Made by a program: the position numbers and the translations under genes. A DNA stretch of 64,000 nt from Candidatus Multivoradales bacterium (GTDB lineage: Bacteria > Acidobacteriota > Thermoanaerobaculia > Multivoradales > JAHEKO01): the NCBI GenBank assembly GCA_965248055.1, contig CBDFIJ010000004.1, positions 800,001 to 864,000 of the forward strand. The letters run 5' to 3'. Positions 37,801 to 46,795 of the stretch are shown piece by piece. The notes under the pieces were generated by a model. The model was not told the origin of the DNA and did no database searches. It saw only the letters and a list, made by a program, of their open reading frames with translations. The stretch's first letter is position 1. The number at the start of each line of letters is the position of its first letter.

Positions 37801-38015
37801 TCGAGAGCGTAGAAATGGACCTCCCCGGGAGCGATTTCGCGCTCGATCGGCTGACCCATCTCCAGAACTGAAACCAACGAGCCCTCCGGACTGTCGGAAC
37901 CGGACTCCGGGTCAGGATCTTCAACCGGCTGGCAGGACAGTGTGTAACAAGCTAGGAGGACGATTGCCGCTAGTGCATGCTTAGTTCCGCCAATAAATCT
38001 CTGTGGAATGATCAT
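34854..38015 (-). CDS. TPR-repeat + CHAT (caspase-like) protease with N-terminal PPC-like domain; putative lipoprotein
   Basis: ALAAIVLLACYTLS-C lipobox-like signal; VVVDQRGIDVV PPC-like segment; many TPRs; IIHLATHA (His) and VVLSGCRTALG (Cys) dyad; PYYWAG terminus. Start uncertain. Confidence 0.92.
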   Translation of the reverse strand: MIIPQRFIGGTKHALAAIVLLACYTLSCQPVEDPDPESGSDSPEGSLVSVLEMGQPIEREIAPGEVHFYALDLRADHFIEVVVDQRGIDVVTTLFDPRGEAVARSIDRPIGGHGYEPLLGLVVQQGIYQIEVRSFNENPGKGIYQVNVADLRKATASDRARVDAAKAVERGEELSLVGDYDAAEESYRWALGIWREVDDVFWRAETLERIGFVAKRLGRWREAIEKYRESDLCFREAGDTPGQWLALKGLGTSLYLVGDARGALEVFQRQLGLLSEDRSAWRETTLVNLAQTYQALDQVTAALEQYSEARRLLQSGANPAASARTLHQMGLLYRTMGKTNSALDHFNEAEATWAKLGNSNGRAASIHQRGRLFLVLGNLGTAERDFNDALELRRETGHSSGQVAILTSLGELRQALGEQGEAADLYRKALELLRLGATWSPVAESRLLRNLGALTNPDEAFSLYTQSLKLCRQVGDLTGEAESLLGLAGSERRRGELSGAVTAVEAAIELMESVRPRSFSDDLSHSFFARAQPYFEFYIDLQMDLHRLMPSAGHDAKALAASERARARGLLDLLDESGAEVRAGVDPGLVEHELELQNAVNVAERYRLNLYQDRRRSDEERAGATREVRRLLDELGQLRAKIRRKSPHYAALTQPQTLALDEIRGSVLGKETLLLEYWLGVERSFLFLVSPHSLSSFELPGREELERKVMRTHRLLATSHRPEARRAVQDALCDLSRILVQPIADRLKDNQLVIVAHGALQYLPFGALADPRDLGQCWAARPLLLANQTTYLPSASTLALQRKETEGRPRPKGVVAVIADPVFSQADRRLDGVSAATAPRSRTQGTRPIEVSGAGEYQRLPFSRREANSILAIAPRGSSFQAFDFEATKKLVLDGVLADYRIIHLATHAVLDSNRPGLSGIVFSLVDRSGADQDGFLRAHELYNLRLSADLVVLSGCRTALGKEVKGEGLVGMTRALTYAGAQRVVAGLWSVEDRSTAELMERFYRELFVVGSSPSAALRAAQISLWREQRAPYYWAGLVLQGEYLAMFPASE

Positions 38016-38453
38016 TTCCGTCCAGTTGTGCAATCGTCTTTCGCCTGCAGCCGCAGATCTAACTCTCTTGTTGCTCCTTCTCCCAACACTAAACCGAATT
38101 GTCAGCTCCTTGTCAACAGACCCGGCACCCATCCGTTTGCGAACCATATTGCGATGCGGTGCATTGCCGGAGACAGACTCAGGGCTGGTGAGAAGGTGGC
38201 TTCGCTTTTCGACCCCAACGATCCGAAATGGATCCGTCCCAAAGTCAACCTCCCACCCAATGATCCATAGAAGTAGGCATCAGCTGAAGAGTAGCCACTA
38301 ATTCATAGACAGAGGAGACAGCATGAAGTAAGAACTGATCTTAGAGCCGGCGAGGGGGACGAGCGATTTCTCGAACCCGACGACCGTTAGACGAAGTCGC
38401 ATCCAAGCGCCTATTTTGCAAGTTCCTAAGATGTCGCTCTCTTTTCTTGGGAA

Positions 38454-39233
38454 CTACCTATCAAGGATCTGCAGTGAGGTTTCGATAATGGTTTCTTTGC
38501 CGCCATCAACGGTTCCTTCGATCCGCACGCTGTAGTCCCCTGGTGGTAGTAGCTCTCGCGGCAGCCGCATTCTGAGTGTCGCTTCTTCGCTTAGTCCGAG
38601 GCCACTGGCACGCCACACTGCGCCTCTCTTTCTAGACGTCACCGTCGCGGAAAAATTGGAGAAAGTATCCGGTGTACTTGGGATCGCAATCAAAAGAACA
38701 AAGGGTTGATCGGCGGAAAGTTCAGCGGTGACCCCGGACGGTTCACTCCGGGTGACCTCATCCAGATAAATAATCGGCGGGTTGACCTGTGGTTGAGTCA
38801 GATCTGCCACCTGCTGCCGCAGATTCGAAGTCGTTTGTCGCAACTGGCTCACGGAAAACAACAAACCCACAGTCGCCACCAGCAACGAAGCCGCGATCGC
38901 CTCACGCCAGCCAAAGCTCCGCACCGGCACCGCAGGTTCGGAGGCAGTCAGCCTGGCTTGGAAATCGCGCCAAGCCGCCTCTAACATAAAATCAGCTAGC
39001 TCGCCGGATGCCTCATCCGGGAACACCAAACACTCTAGATCGAGCACCTTCTGGGCGCATTCTTTGCAGCCAGCCAAATGATCTTGCACCAAGCCGTCGG
39101 CTTCCGAGCTGAGTTCGCTCGCTAGGTATTCGACCAGAGTGTCAGCCTCTGGATGCTCTCCGGCTCGGCCGGTGGCGTCCTCTACCAGAAGGCGGCGAAA
39201 GGCTTCGGTGTCAGTGCTGTGATGAGTTGACAT
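38454..39233 (-). CDS. Membrane-anchored zinc-finger (zf-HC2) anti-sigma factor
   Basis: HPEADTL..Y, HLAGCKEC, TM helix AIAASLLVATVGLLFSV, coiled coil, then Ig-like C-domain (LPPGDYSVRI). Confidence 0.88.
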   Translation of the reverse strand: MSTHHSTDTEAFRRLLVEDATGRAGEHPEADTLVEYLASELSSEADGLVQDHLAGCKECAQKVLDLECLVFPDEASGELADFMLEAAWRDFQARLTASEPAVPVRSFGWREAIAASLLVATVGLLFSVSQLRQTTSNLRQQVADLTQPQVNPPIIYLDEVTRSEPSGVTAELSADQPFVLLIAIPSTPDTFSNFSATVTSRKRGAVWRASGLGLSEEATLRMRLPRELLPPGDYSVRIEGTVDGGKETIIETSLQILDR

Positions 39234-39247
39234 ACAGTTCCTCAAAT

Positions 39248-39901
39248 TCAGTCCGGCAGATCCACGGAGTACGGCCCAAGGCTCTCTTGGAGTCTAGCTT
39301 TCGCCTGCGATAGGTGTGCTTTTACCGTGCCTATCTTGAGTTTCATGACGGTCGCAATCTCTTGATAGCTAAGGTCGTGATAGATACGAAGCGTCAGACA
39401 CCGGCGCATTTGGTCCGGCAATTCTTGAATGGCATCTCGCATGGTCTGCTTTCGTTCGTCTCTCAGGACATCATCCAGTTGGTCGGCAGGTACTTGCGTC
39501 GCCTCGTAGGCAAATCCGAGTTCATCGTGTGGTACTTCCTGGCCAGTTCTTTTCGCCGTAGACCCGGTTCTCAATCTCTTCAAGTAAGTGGTCGTTGCGA
39601 TTTGATAGAGCCAAGATTCGAATCGATCCTCATTGCGGAGCCCCCTTAACCCCTTATAGATCCCAAGAAAGGTCTCTTGGGTTAGGTCCATCGCGTCGGT
39701 TGTATTAAACCCCTTGCGAGCAAAAAACCGCTGTAACGGCCGATAGTAGATCTCGAACAGAGCCCTAAATGGGTCGTCAGGGTTGTCGCCGGTGCGTAGT
39801 TGTCGTACCAGTGTTGTCGCGTGCTTCCTGCGTGCGGCGGTAGCAGCCCCAGCTCCCCCTGAATCCCTACTACTGCTTGAATCAGACTCCGTCCACTTCA
39901 C
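39248..39901 (-). CDS. ECF RNA polymerase sigma-70 factor
   Basis: AMDLTQETFL, FESWLYQIA, LPDQMRRCL and SYQEIA..M....GTVKAHL motifs; GTG start with RBS gagagga. Confidence 0.93.
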   Translation of the reverse strand: MKWTESDSSSSRDSGGAGAATAARRKHATTLVRQLRTGDNPDDPFRALFEIYYRPLQRFFARKGFNTTDAMDLTQETFLGIYKGLRGLRNEDRFESWLYQIATTTYLKRLRTGSTAKRTGQEVPHDELGFAYEATQVPADQLDDVLRDERKQTMRDAIQELPDQMRRCLTLRIYHDLSYQEIATVMKLKIGTVKAHLSQAKARLQESLGPYSVDLPD

Positions 39902-40156
39902 CGGATTCCTCTCCCAACACTCGTGTTGCGTGTGCCTCTGTCCGCAGCGGTTATACCACACAGGCTCCAAACTCGCAGTTGTGCGGAAAACACTCTGGAC
40001 ATCACCAAATGACGACTTCGATACCAGATTCAATTCGGCCGAACGTCATCACTTGGCAACCTCGCTCAACCCCAATCGCGCTGAAGGCCTCAATAACTAG
40101 GCTATCCGGGCAGTATTGGCTGCCGGTATACTTCGGTCGCTCAGGAACCCTCTCCC

Positions 40157-42415
40157 ATGAATAGCACTACCCGATTGGTTCTCTGCTCCCTCAGTCTGGT
40201 GTTAGTGCTGTTTCCGCTCACCGCGGCCCAGCCTGGGCAGCCCCCGACCCTGAAAGCCGACGAACCGGCTTATTTCTTGATGTCTTTGAGTCTTGCTGAA
40301 GACGGAGATTTGGTGGCCGACTCCGACGATATCCGCCGTGCGTTTGACCATTACCCATATCTTCCGGTCGCCAACCTAATCCTTATGTCTCCCGACCGCT
40401 GGGAAACCACATACTTTGGTAAGCCATATATCTATTCTTTTTTTGCCACTCCGTTCGCTGCTCTATTTGGCAGTAACGGTTTCAAGTCTTTCAACATGTT
40501 GATGCTGGTCGCCATGGTGTGGATGGGCACATCGTATCTACGAAAGTACAACTCGGACGGGGTTGCAGCGCTCTACTCGACTCTATTTTTCGTTCTCAGC
40601 CCGGCGTTCGCCTACGTGTTTTGGATCCACCCCGAGATCTTCAACATGTTCTCGATCGCCGCGTGCTTGTACTTGGCATTTCACCAACCGGAGACCTCGG
40701 AAACACCAAACCGCTTAAGCCTTCCAAGGCGCCTGTGGGGAACTGTCACCGGCGCCAGTGCACGACCGTGGTGGTCCGGGGCAGCCCTAGCCCTGGCGAC
40801 CTACAACAAGCCGATGCTAGGACTGATGGGGGTCCCGGCTCTGTTCTACGTGTTTCGCAAGCGCGGCTGGAAGTCCGCGACCGGTTGGATTGCCGGGGCG
40901 GCTCTAGCCATGACTTTGATCGCTGGCATCTCGGTGGCCTACACCGGCAAGCCGAGCGCCTACCTAGGGGTTGCTCGCGGTGGTATCAACATTCTCAAAC
41001 CGGAAGACTACGAGACCTCGATCCGCAACGTACGCCTGGCCACCGCCGCCCACAGAGACGAAAAAGCCCCCAATTCCTGGCACTGGATGTTTCGAGTGCC
41101 CGATGTCAAAGCCAACAAATTTCTCACCGATGTCCGCTACTTTCTGTTTGGAAGGCACACCGGCCTAGTGCCCTACATGCCTTTTGCCGTGCTCTCGGTC
41201 CTGTTTTTCCTATTTCAAGGGCGTGGATCGCGCGCCCGTTGGTTGACGCTAGGGTCCTTGGCCCTGGTAGCCCTAGTTTTTCTACTATGGATACCGTTCA
41301 ATTGGCACGGTGGTGGCGGCTTCGTCGGTAATCGCTACTACGTCAACGTCTACCCGGCATTCTTGTTCTTAGTGACCGCGATACGCCCTCTGTCTCTTTC
41401 CCTCGTTGGTACCGGCTTCGCCACCCTGCTTCTGGGTTCGATTTTGTTCAACCCTTGGGGTCTCCCCGTTCCCCACCCAACCCTGCAGTCCCATACCCGT
41501 GGCGGCCTATTTCGTTATTTTCCGCTCGAACTTTCGCTCCACAGCCGAATTTCCGGCTATTCCGTATTTGGCAGTAATGAAGTGGGCATTATCGGTCGCA
41601 AGGACGTCTTCAAACAGGTTGACGAACTGGAAGGGGTATTTTGGACCCGAGGCGGAGCGACCGCCGAAGTTTGGGTTTTCGCCAATGACCCATTGGGAAA
41701 ACTGTATTTTGACGTACAGAGCTGGGCCCCCACCAACCGCATCATCCTCAAACTGGGGCGTTCTAAGGAAGTACTCGACTTTGTCGACATGGAGCGCAAT
41801 TCGGAGCACGTACGCACCGTAGGTCTGACGCCATCACGACCGGTGGTCGTCACCAGTGCCAACGGCAAGAAAAAACACTATTACTACAAACTCCTGGTGA
41901 CTTCGGATACCGGAATTCACGAAGGCGGCAACATGGTCTTGGCGAAAGTCGACCCGTTGTTCTATGTCGGTGCATCGCTGACATACCTGGGCGCAGAAGA
42001 ACCAGGACCACGCGACCAAGACTTCAGGGTCAGTTGGCAAAAATGCGAGATCCCGAAGCGCCTCGCCACCGGGTCTCGCAGCCGAATCGACATTCGTGCC
42101 ACCAACGTTGGCAAGCGCACTTGGCAAGCTCTGGGCGAGACCCCAGTGCGTCTTACCTACCATTGGCTTGATGGTGATGGGAATCCTGTCCGCATGCCGG
42201 ACCAACCGCGACCCAAACTGCGGCGCAATGTGCCCCCTGGCGGTGTCGTGCTGAAAACGCTGACCGTCTACGCTCCGGAGAAACCCGGACGTCATACTTT
42301 GGTATTTGAGGGTGCTCGTAGACACCTCGGATGGTTTCCACGCCACGAAGGAGGTTCCTGTGCGAGCGATGTGGTGGTCTACCGAGATCCCGGCGGCAAG
42401 TCAGCTACTCAATAG
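40157..42415 (+). CDS. Multi-TM membrane protein (GT-C glycosyltransferase-like) with C-terminal Ig-like domain
   Basis: ADEPAYF, GKP..YS, HPEIFN, YNKP and GGGGFVGNRYY motifs; about 11 hydrophobic segments. Confidence 0.65.
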   Translation: MNSTTRLVLCSLSLVLVLFPLTAAQPGQPPTLKADEPAYFLMSLSLAEDGDLVADSDDIRRAFDHYPYLPVANLILMSPDRWETTYFGKPYIYSFFATPFAALFGSNGFKSFNMLMLVAMVWMGTSYLRKYNSDGVAALYSTLFFVLSPAFAYVFWIHPEIFNMFSIAACLYLAFHQPETSETPNRLSLPRRLWGTVTGASARPWWSGAALALATYNKPMLGLMGVPALFYVFRKRGWKSATGWIAGAALAMTLIAGISVAYTGKPSAYLGVARGGINILKPEDYETSIRNVRLATAAHRDEKAPNSWHWMFRVPDVKANKFLTDVRYFLFGRHTGLVPYMPFAVLSVLFFLFQGRGSRARWLTLGSLALVALVFLLWIPFNWHGGGGFVGNRYYVNVYPAFLFLVTAIRPLSLSLVGTGFATLLLGSILFNPWGLPVPHPTLQSHTRGGLFRYFPLELSLHSRISGYSVFGSNEVGIIGRKDVFKQVDELEGVFWTRGGATAEVWVFANDPLGKLYFDVQSWAPTNRIILKLGRSKEVLDFVDMERNSEHVRTVGLTPSRPVVVTSANGKKKHYYYKLLVTSDTGIHEGGNMVLAKVDPLFYVGASLTYLGAEEPGPRDQDFRVSWQKCEIPKRLATGSRSRIDIRATNVGKRTWQALGETPVRLTYHWLDGDGNPVRMPDQPRPKLRRNVPPGGVVLKTLTVYAPEKPGRHTLVFEGARRHLGWFPRHEGGSCASDVVVYRDPGGKSATQ

Positions 42416-42421
42416 ATCAAT

Positions 42422-44017
42422 ATGAACTCCTCGCTCCGGCTTGACTACGTTTCGCCACTACCTCCGGTGCGCTCCGGAATTGCCGACTACAGCCTAGATT
42501 TGCTGCCAGAGCTAGCCTCACTCTGCGATCTACGGGTGATTTGCCTCGACAACCAATCATTGCCTCAGCAACTGCAGGAAACGTGCGATTCCGCTCCGGC
42601 TGCCGATTTGGCGACCGGCGACCGCACGCCGCTCTACCATATGGGCAACAACCACCACCACGTGCAGATTTGGCATTTGGCTCACCAGATTCCGGGGATT
42701 CTCACCCTGCACGATTTGGTTCTGCATCATCTCTTGGTCGAAGTGACCTTGGGCGAGAACGACTTTGAAAGCTACGCAGAGCGATTGCAAAAAGACCATG
42801 GGTGGCTCGGCGAGTCGGTGGCCCACGCTCGGCAATGGCACGAACTGGGAAACTCTGCGATGTTTGGCGTTTCTGGGCACCGCACTTTGCTACGACGCCA
42901 ACGTGGCGTGTTGGTACACAGTGAATGGGCAGCGCGGACCCTGCGAGAAGAAGATGACGAGTTAAGCGTAAGAGTCGTGCCGATGGGGATTCCACTACCG
43001 GATCTGGTAGAGCCAAAAAACGCGGCGGCTTGGAGGGAAGAAAAGGGCATCCCTCCCGCGGTACCCCTCTTGGGCACATTTGGTTTTCAGACTCCTATCA
43101 AGCGTACCGATCGCGCAATCGCCGCGCTCAGTCATCCGCGTTTACAAGATGCGCATCTAGCGATCGGCGGAGAGATCTCAGGCAAATTGGATCTCAAGCG
43201 CCAAGCTCGAGGGGCTGGGGTGCTTGATCGGGTGCATTTTCTCGGCTTCCTGGACTTTGACGAGTTTCAAACTGCCATCGCCGCCTGCGATCTGTGTCTC
43301 AATTTGCGCTATCCGAGCGCCGGAGAAACCTCGGCCTCGTTACTTCGAGAGCTGGCCCTGGGGCGCCCGGTTGTGGTTTCCGACTACGCCCAGTTCGCCG
43401 ATTTCCCGGACACGGTAGCTCTCAAGGTGCCGCTCGGTGACGGCGAGGAGGGGCACCTTGGCTCAGCCATCGGCGAAGTGTTGCGTGATACCGACCGGAT
43501 AGACGAAATGGCAGCAGCTGCGCGCAGATATATCGAAAGAGAACATGACCCCAAGCGCGCGGCAGAGTCGGCAGTGAGCGCCTGCCTCGAACTTGTCGAC
43601 CTAGAGCCGCCAGGGGACAAACCTCCGCCGAAAATCGTTCCCACGAGTTTTCTCTGGCGCAAGCTACACGGCGAGATCCAAGTCCGAGGGGTGGACGAAG
43701 CGTGGCCGATCGGCGAACAACGGAAACTGACGATTCACTTGGCCAACAACAGCCTAGCGCGCTGGTTGGCGGCCGAACATGACGTTGGTGGAGTGATGGT
43801 TGGAGTGCACTGGCGCCAGGAACCCAAGGATGCCCCGAACGAACAGCAGTGGCTTCCTCTTCCCCACCCTCTCGATCCAGGGGAATCCATCGAACTCCAA
43901 CTGGAGATCCGACGACCACCTGAAAACTCAAGATTCTTGGTGGTTGAACCACACCTTCGTGAGATCTGCGGCTTCAATGCGGTCGAGGGACCAACCTGGG
44001 AGATGGAGCTATCGTGA
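42422..44017 (+). CDS. Glycosyltransferase family 4 with C-terminal Ig-like domain
   Basis: SPLPPVRSGIADYS, YHMGNN..H, LHDLVLHH, LVHSEW and LNLRYPSAGETSASL motifs. Confidence 0.88.
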   Translation: MNSSLRLDYVSPLPPVRSGIADYSLDLLPELASLCDLRVICLDNQSLPQQLQETCDSAPAADLATGDRTPLYHMGNNHHHVQIWHLAHQIPGILTLHDLVLHHLLVEVTLGENDFESYAERLQKDHGWLGESVAHARQWHELGNSAMFGVSGHRTLLRRQRGVLVHSEWAARTLREEDDELSVRVVPMGIPLPDLVEPKNAAAWREEKGIPPAVPLLGTFGFQTPIKRTDRAIAALSHPRLQDAHLAIGGEISGKLDLKRQARGAGVLDRVHFLGFLDFDEFQTAIAACDLCLNLRYPSAGETSASLLRELALGRPVVVSDYAQFADFPDTVALKVPLGDGEEGHLGSAIGEVLRDTDRIDEMAAAARRYIEREHDPKRAAESAVSACLELVDLEPPGDKPPPKIVPTSFLWRKLHGEIQVRGVDEAWPIGEQRKLTIHLANNSLARWLAAEHDVGGVMVGVHWRQEPKDAPNEQQWLPLPHPLDPGESIELQLEIRRPPENSRFLVVEPHLREICGFNAVEGPTWEMELS

Positions 44018-45420
44018 GCAATGAATTTCCTCGGGTCGATGACGCGGATCTCCCCAAGTGGCGGGAGGTCTGGGACGGCAATCAGCCCCTGCCCTTACCG
44101 CGTCGGCCGGGCCTGACCGGAAAGCTAGTTGCGCTTTTTCGTCGCTTGCTTCGCCCTCTAGTGACCATGGTCCAAGCGGACCTATGGGAACGACAGCGAA
44201 TTTACAATCAATTGATTCAACACCACCTAGAAGCGCGGTATGACCTGGCTGAATCAGTGGCCAAAGCTCAGGACAGCCTATGGGCAGCTCTTGAGCAGCA
44301 GCAAACCAGCCTCGAAGAGGTTAATGACAAGCGTGAGTCCGACACCAAGGCGGTGTACCAAGAACTCCTGAGCTACTCCGATGCGCAGCAGAAACGGATC
44401 CACCGCGTCGAGGACATTCAAAACCAGGGGCTCGATCATATTCGCGAACACCATGACGCTGCCTTCGCGATCATCGATCACAAATTGGATAAGTATCGTC
44501 GCAGGGCTGAAGAGCACCATGAAGCCACACTCGGGCACCACGACGCGATCTACTCGTTGATGGATCACAAACTGGAGCGCTATCGCAGTGCCGATAGGCG
44601 CTTGCAATCCGAGCTAGCTAATCTTCTCAAGGTTGCTGAGGCCGCGTCTTCGCAGTCTGGAACTCGCGCCAACCTCGTTCGCACGCTCGACGAACAGGCC
44701 TACCTGGAACTGGAGCGTCGCCACCGAGGTACCGAACAAGAGATCGCCGAACGGGTCGAGCCTTACCTCCCGTTCCTGGCCAAGGCTCACAAACAACACG
44801 CAGAAGCTGAGGAAGGCGCAGGCATCATTCTGGACCTCGGGTGTGGTCGGGGTGAAGCGCTGGAAGTCTTTCAACAGCGTGACTGGACCGGTCTGGGCGT
44901 CGATTCCAACGCTCAGATGATCGAACAGTGCAAAAAAAAAGGACTTGATGCAGTCGTTGGTGATCTATTCGAGGTCCTCGTTAGCACTCCAGCTGGTTCT
45001 CTCACTGGGGTCGTTTCCTTTCACGTTATTGAGCATCTTCCAAACGATGCGCTGCAGCAACTCATCAACCTCAGTTGGAAAGCGCTCAAACCAGGCGGAG
45101 TGCTGGTGGTGGAAACCCCGAGCCCTCTTTCTGTCATCGTCGGAGCTCGCAATTTCTGGCTTGATCCCACCCACCAGCGACCGGTGCATCCCCAAAGTCT
45201 CAAACTCGCCTTTGAACTGGCCGGGTTTGGAGACGTTGAACGCATCGATCGCCAACCCTTTGCTGACGAGCAGCGCCTGCCACAGGTCGAGACCACAGAA
45301 CTTTCCGGAGAGCTCCTCGATATGGCCCATCAGGTCAACTTGCTCCGTGACCAACTCGACAACTTGCTCTACGGATTCCAAGACTTTGGCATGGTCGGGT
45401 GTAAACCCCGTCTGGAATGA
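44014..45420 (+). CDS. Coiled-coil + class I SAM methyltransferase (surface-glycan associated)
   Basis: RHRGTEQEI, ILDLGCGRGE, SFHVIEHL and NFWLDPTHQRP motifs; GTGA overlap with the GT4 gene. Confidence 0.85.
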   Translation: MSNEFPRVDDADLPKWREVWDGNQPLPLPRRPGLTGKLVALFRRLLRPLVTMVQADLWERQRIYNQLIQHHLEARYDLAESVAKAQDSLWAALEQQQTSLEEVNDKRESDTKAVYQELLSYSDAQQKRIHRVEDIQNQGLDHIREHHDAAFAIIDHKLDKYRRRAEEHHEATLGHHDAIYSLMDHKLERYRSADRRLQSELANLLKVAEAASSQSGTRANLVRTLDEQAYLELERRHRGTEQEIAERVEPYLPFLAKAHKQHAEAEEGAGIILDLGCGRGEALEVFQQRDWTGLGVDSNAQMIEQCKKKGLDAVVGDLFEVLVSTPAGSLTGVVSFHVIEHLPNDALQQLINLSWKALKPGGVLVVETPSPLSVIVGARNFWLDPTHQRPVHPQSLKLAFELAGFGDVERIDRQPFADEQRLPQVETTELSGELLDMAHQVNLLRDQLDNLLYGFQDFGMVGCKPRLE

Positions 45421-45971
45421 ATCAACTCAATCAGCGTTTCCGAATGCTGATCGCGTCTACTTGGGACGGACATGACATTGATCCCGGCGAGCAAGCCCAA
45501 ATCGTGCTGCACTGGGATCAAGATTCTCTCTATATTCAAGTCGACGCCCCCTTCCACAATGACCCTTCCCCTCCCGGACCTGCTCGATCTACTGATCGAC
45601 TTTGGGATTTCGAAGTCGTGGAAACCTTCATTGCCAACGCCTTGGAGGCAACTCGACCGCTCCATGCAGAGATCCGGTATACAGAGATCGAGCTTTCTCC
45701 CCATGGTCATTTCTTGATTCTGAAGATGAATGGCATTCGCCATCCAGTGGAAACTGTCGTCGAGGTCGATTATCGCGCGACTATCGATGGTAACCGCTGG
45801 CAGGGAAAGCTTTCACTGCCGCGACATGATCTGCCAGATCCTCCTTATGTGGCCAACGCCTATGCGATCCATGGCACTGGTGATGCCCGAACTTACTTGG
45901 CGGCAACACCGGTCCCGGGAGACCAAGCAGACTTCCACCAGCCGCACTTGTTTTTGCCCCTTGGAGGCTAA
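45417..45971 (+). CDS. Hypothetical DOMON-like/UPF0462-like protein
   Basis: VDAPFHNDP, LWDFEVVE, YTEIELSPHG, NAYAIHG and ADFHQ motifs. Confidence 0.65.
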   Translation: MNQLNQRFRMLIASTWDGHDIDPGEQAQIVLHWDQDSLYIQVDAPFHNDPSPPGPARSTDRLWDFEVVETFIANALEATRPLHAEIRYTEIELSPHGHFLILKMNGIRHPVETVVEVDYRATIDGNRWQGKLSLPRHDLPDPPYVANAYAIHGTGDARTYLAATPVPGDQADFHQPHLFLPLGG

Positions 45972-46145
45972 ACGGGCGAGCGCCACAAACCATCGACCGG
46001 TATTCGCACCAGTTAGACTTGTCCCGACTCACCCCCGAGGTGAAGCGGGTTCTGATCCTGGTGGATGGAACGGCTCACCACAAACTCATCGGAATCGTGA
46101 GAGGACCGAGAGCTGTCAACCGTAATTGACAGCCATCCCTGACTT

Positions 46146-46664
46146 CTACTCCGCTCTCACCCTCTGGTAAATGAACTGGGCCTCCTGTGCCTCTTCCCCA
46201 TCTTCACCACCAATCAGCACCCACACATGCAGTTCGTCCTCAGTCACCCGCTCAAAGGTCATTCCGGCGAAATAGGCGGCGTTCTCGGCCAGCTCGACTA
46301 GAGGGAAATCCACCGTCTCGTCCTTTTCTTCCCAGCCCTTCAAATCACCGTGGAAGTGCTTGAGCTGCAGCACCAAGCTTTCCTCCACCTCCCGAATCAC
46401 CTCGATCTCATAGAACTGCACCACCCCTTCGGCGACTAACTTAAACGACGCCATCATGCTGTCGCCCAACGGTGGCGTCCACACCTCTTCAGTCACTCCG
46501 CCGAACGCCTCCCCACTCCAACTGCCGGCAATCCATGCAATGTCTTCAATCGCCGCGGGCGGTGACGAAGCTCCTTCCGCCAACTGTTTGGTGTGCGCAT
46601 TGTCGGCCATAACGGCGCTAGCAGTGAGTGCAACAACCAGCAATATCAGTACTCTAAGTCTCAT
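46146..46664 (-). CDS. Secreted DUF6265-like protein
   Basis: Signal peptide; WIAGSW.G, EEVW.PP and LKHF..DLKGWEEKD motifs. Confidence 0.75.
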   Translation of the reverse strand: MRLRVLILLVVALTASAVMADNAHTKQLAEGASSPPAAIEDIAWIAGSWSGEAFGGVTEEVWTPPLGDSMMASFKLVAEGVVQFYEIEVIREVEESLVLQLKHFHGDLKGWEEKDETVDFPLVELAENAAYFAGMTFERVTEDELHVWVLIGGEDGEEAQEAQFIYQRVRAE

Positions 46665-46795
46665 CTTTGTCTCCTATCGAAGTCTCATTTCTTCACTGCG
46701 AACCCACCTGAATACGTCGCTGCGAGCGACACGTCAAGCGGACATGTCGCAATTTCTCAATTCTTGCGACACCTTTCAATCCGAGGATTCGTAGG

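Noticed and set aside
38380-38430. RpoE-like promoter GGAACTT...GTCTAA upstream of the CHAT gene
   Set aside because: Spacing is about 27 nt rather than 16-17, and no shared motif was found by eye upstream of other island genes.
12035-40150. attL/attR duplication of the tRNA-Thr 3' end bounding the island
   Set aside because: Only a 7-nt GGCTCCA match near 39963 was noticed, and no integrase is present.
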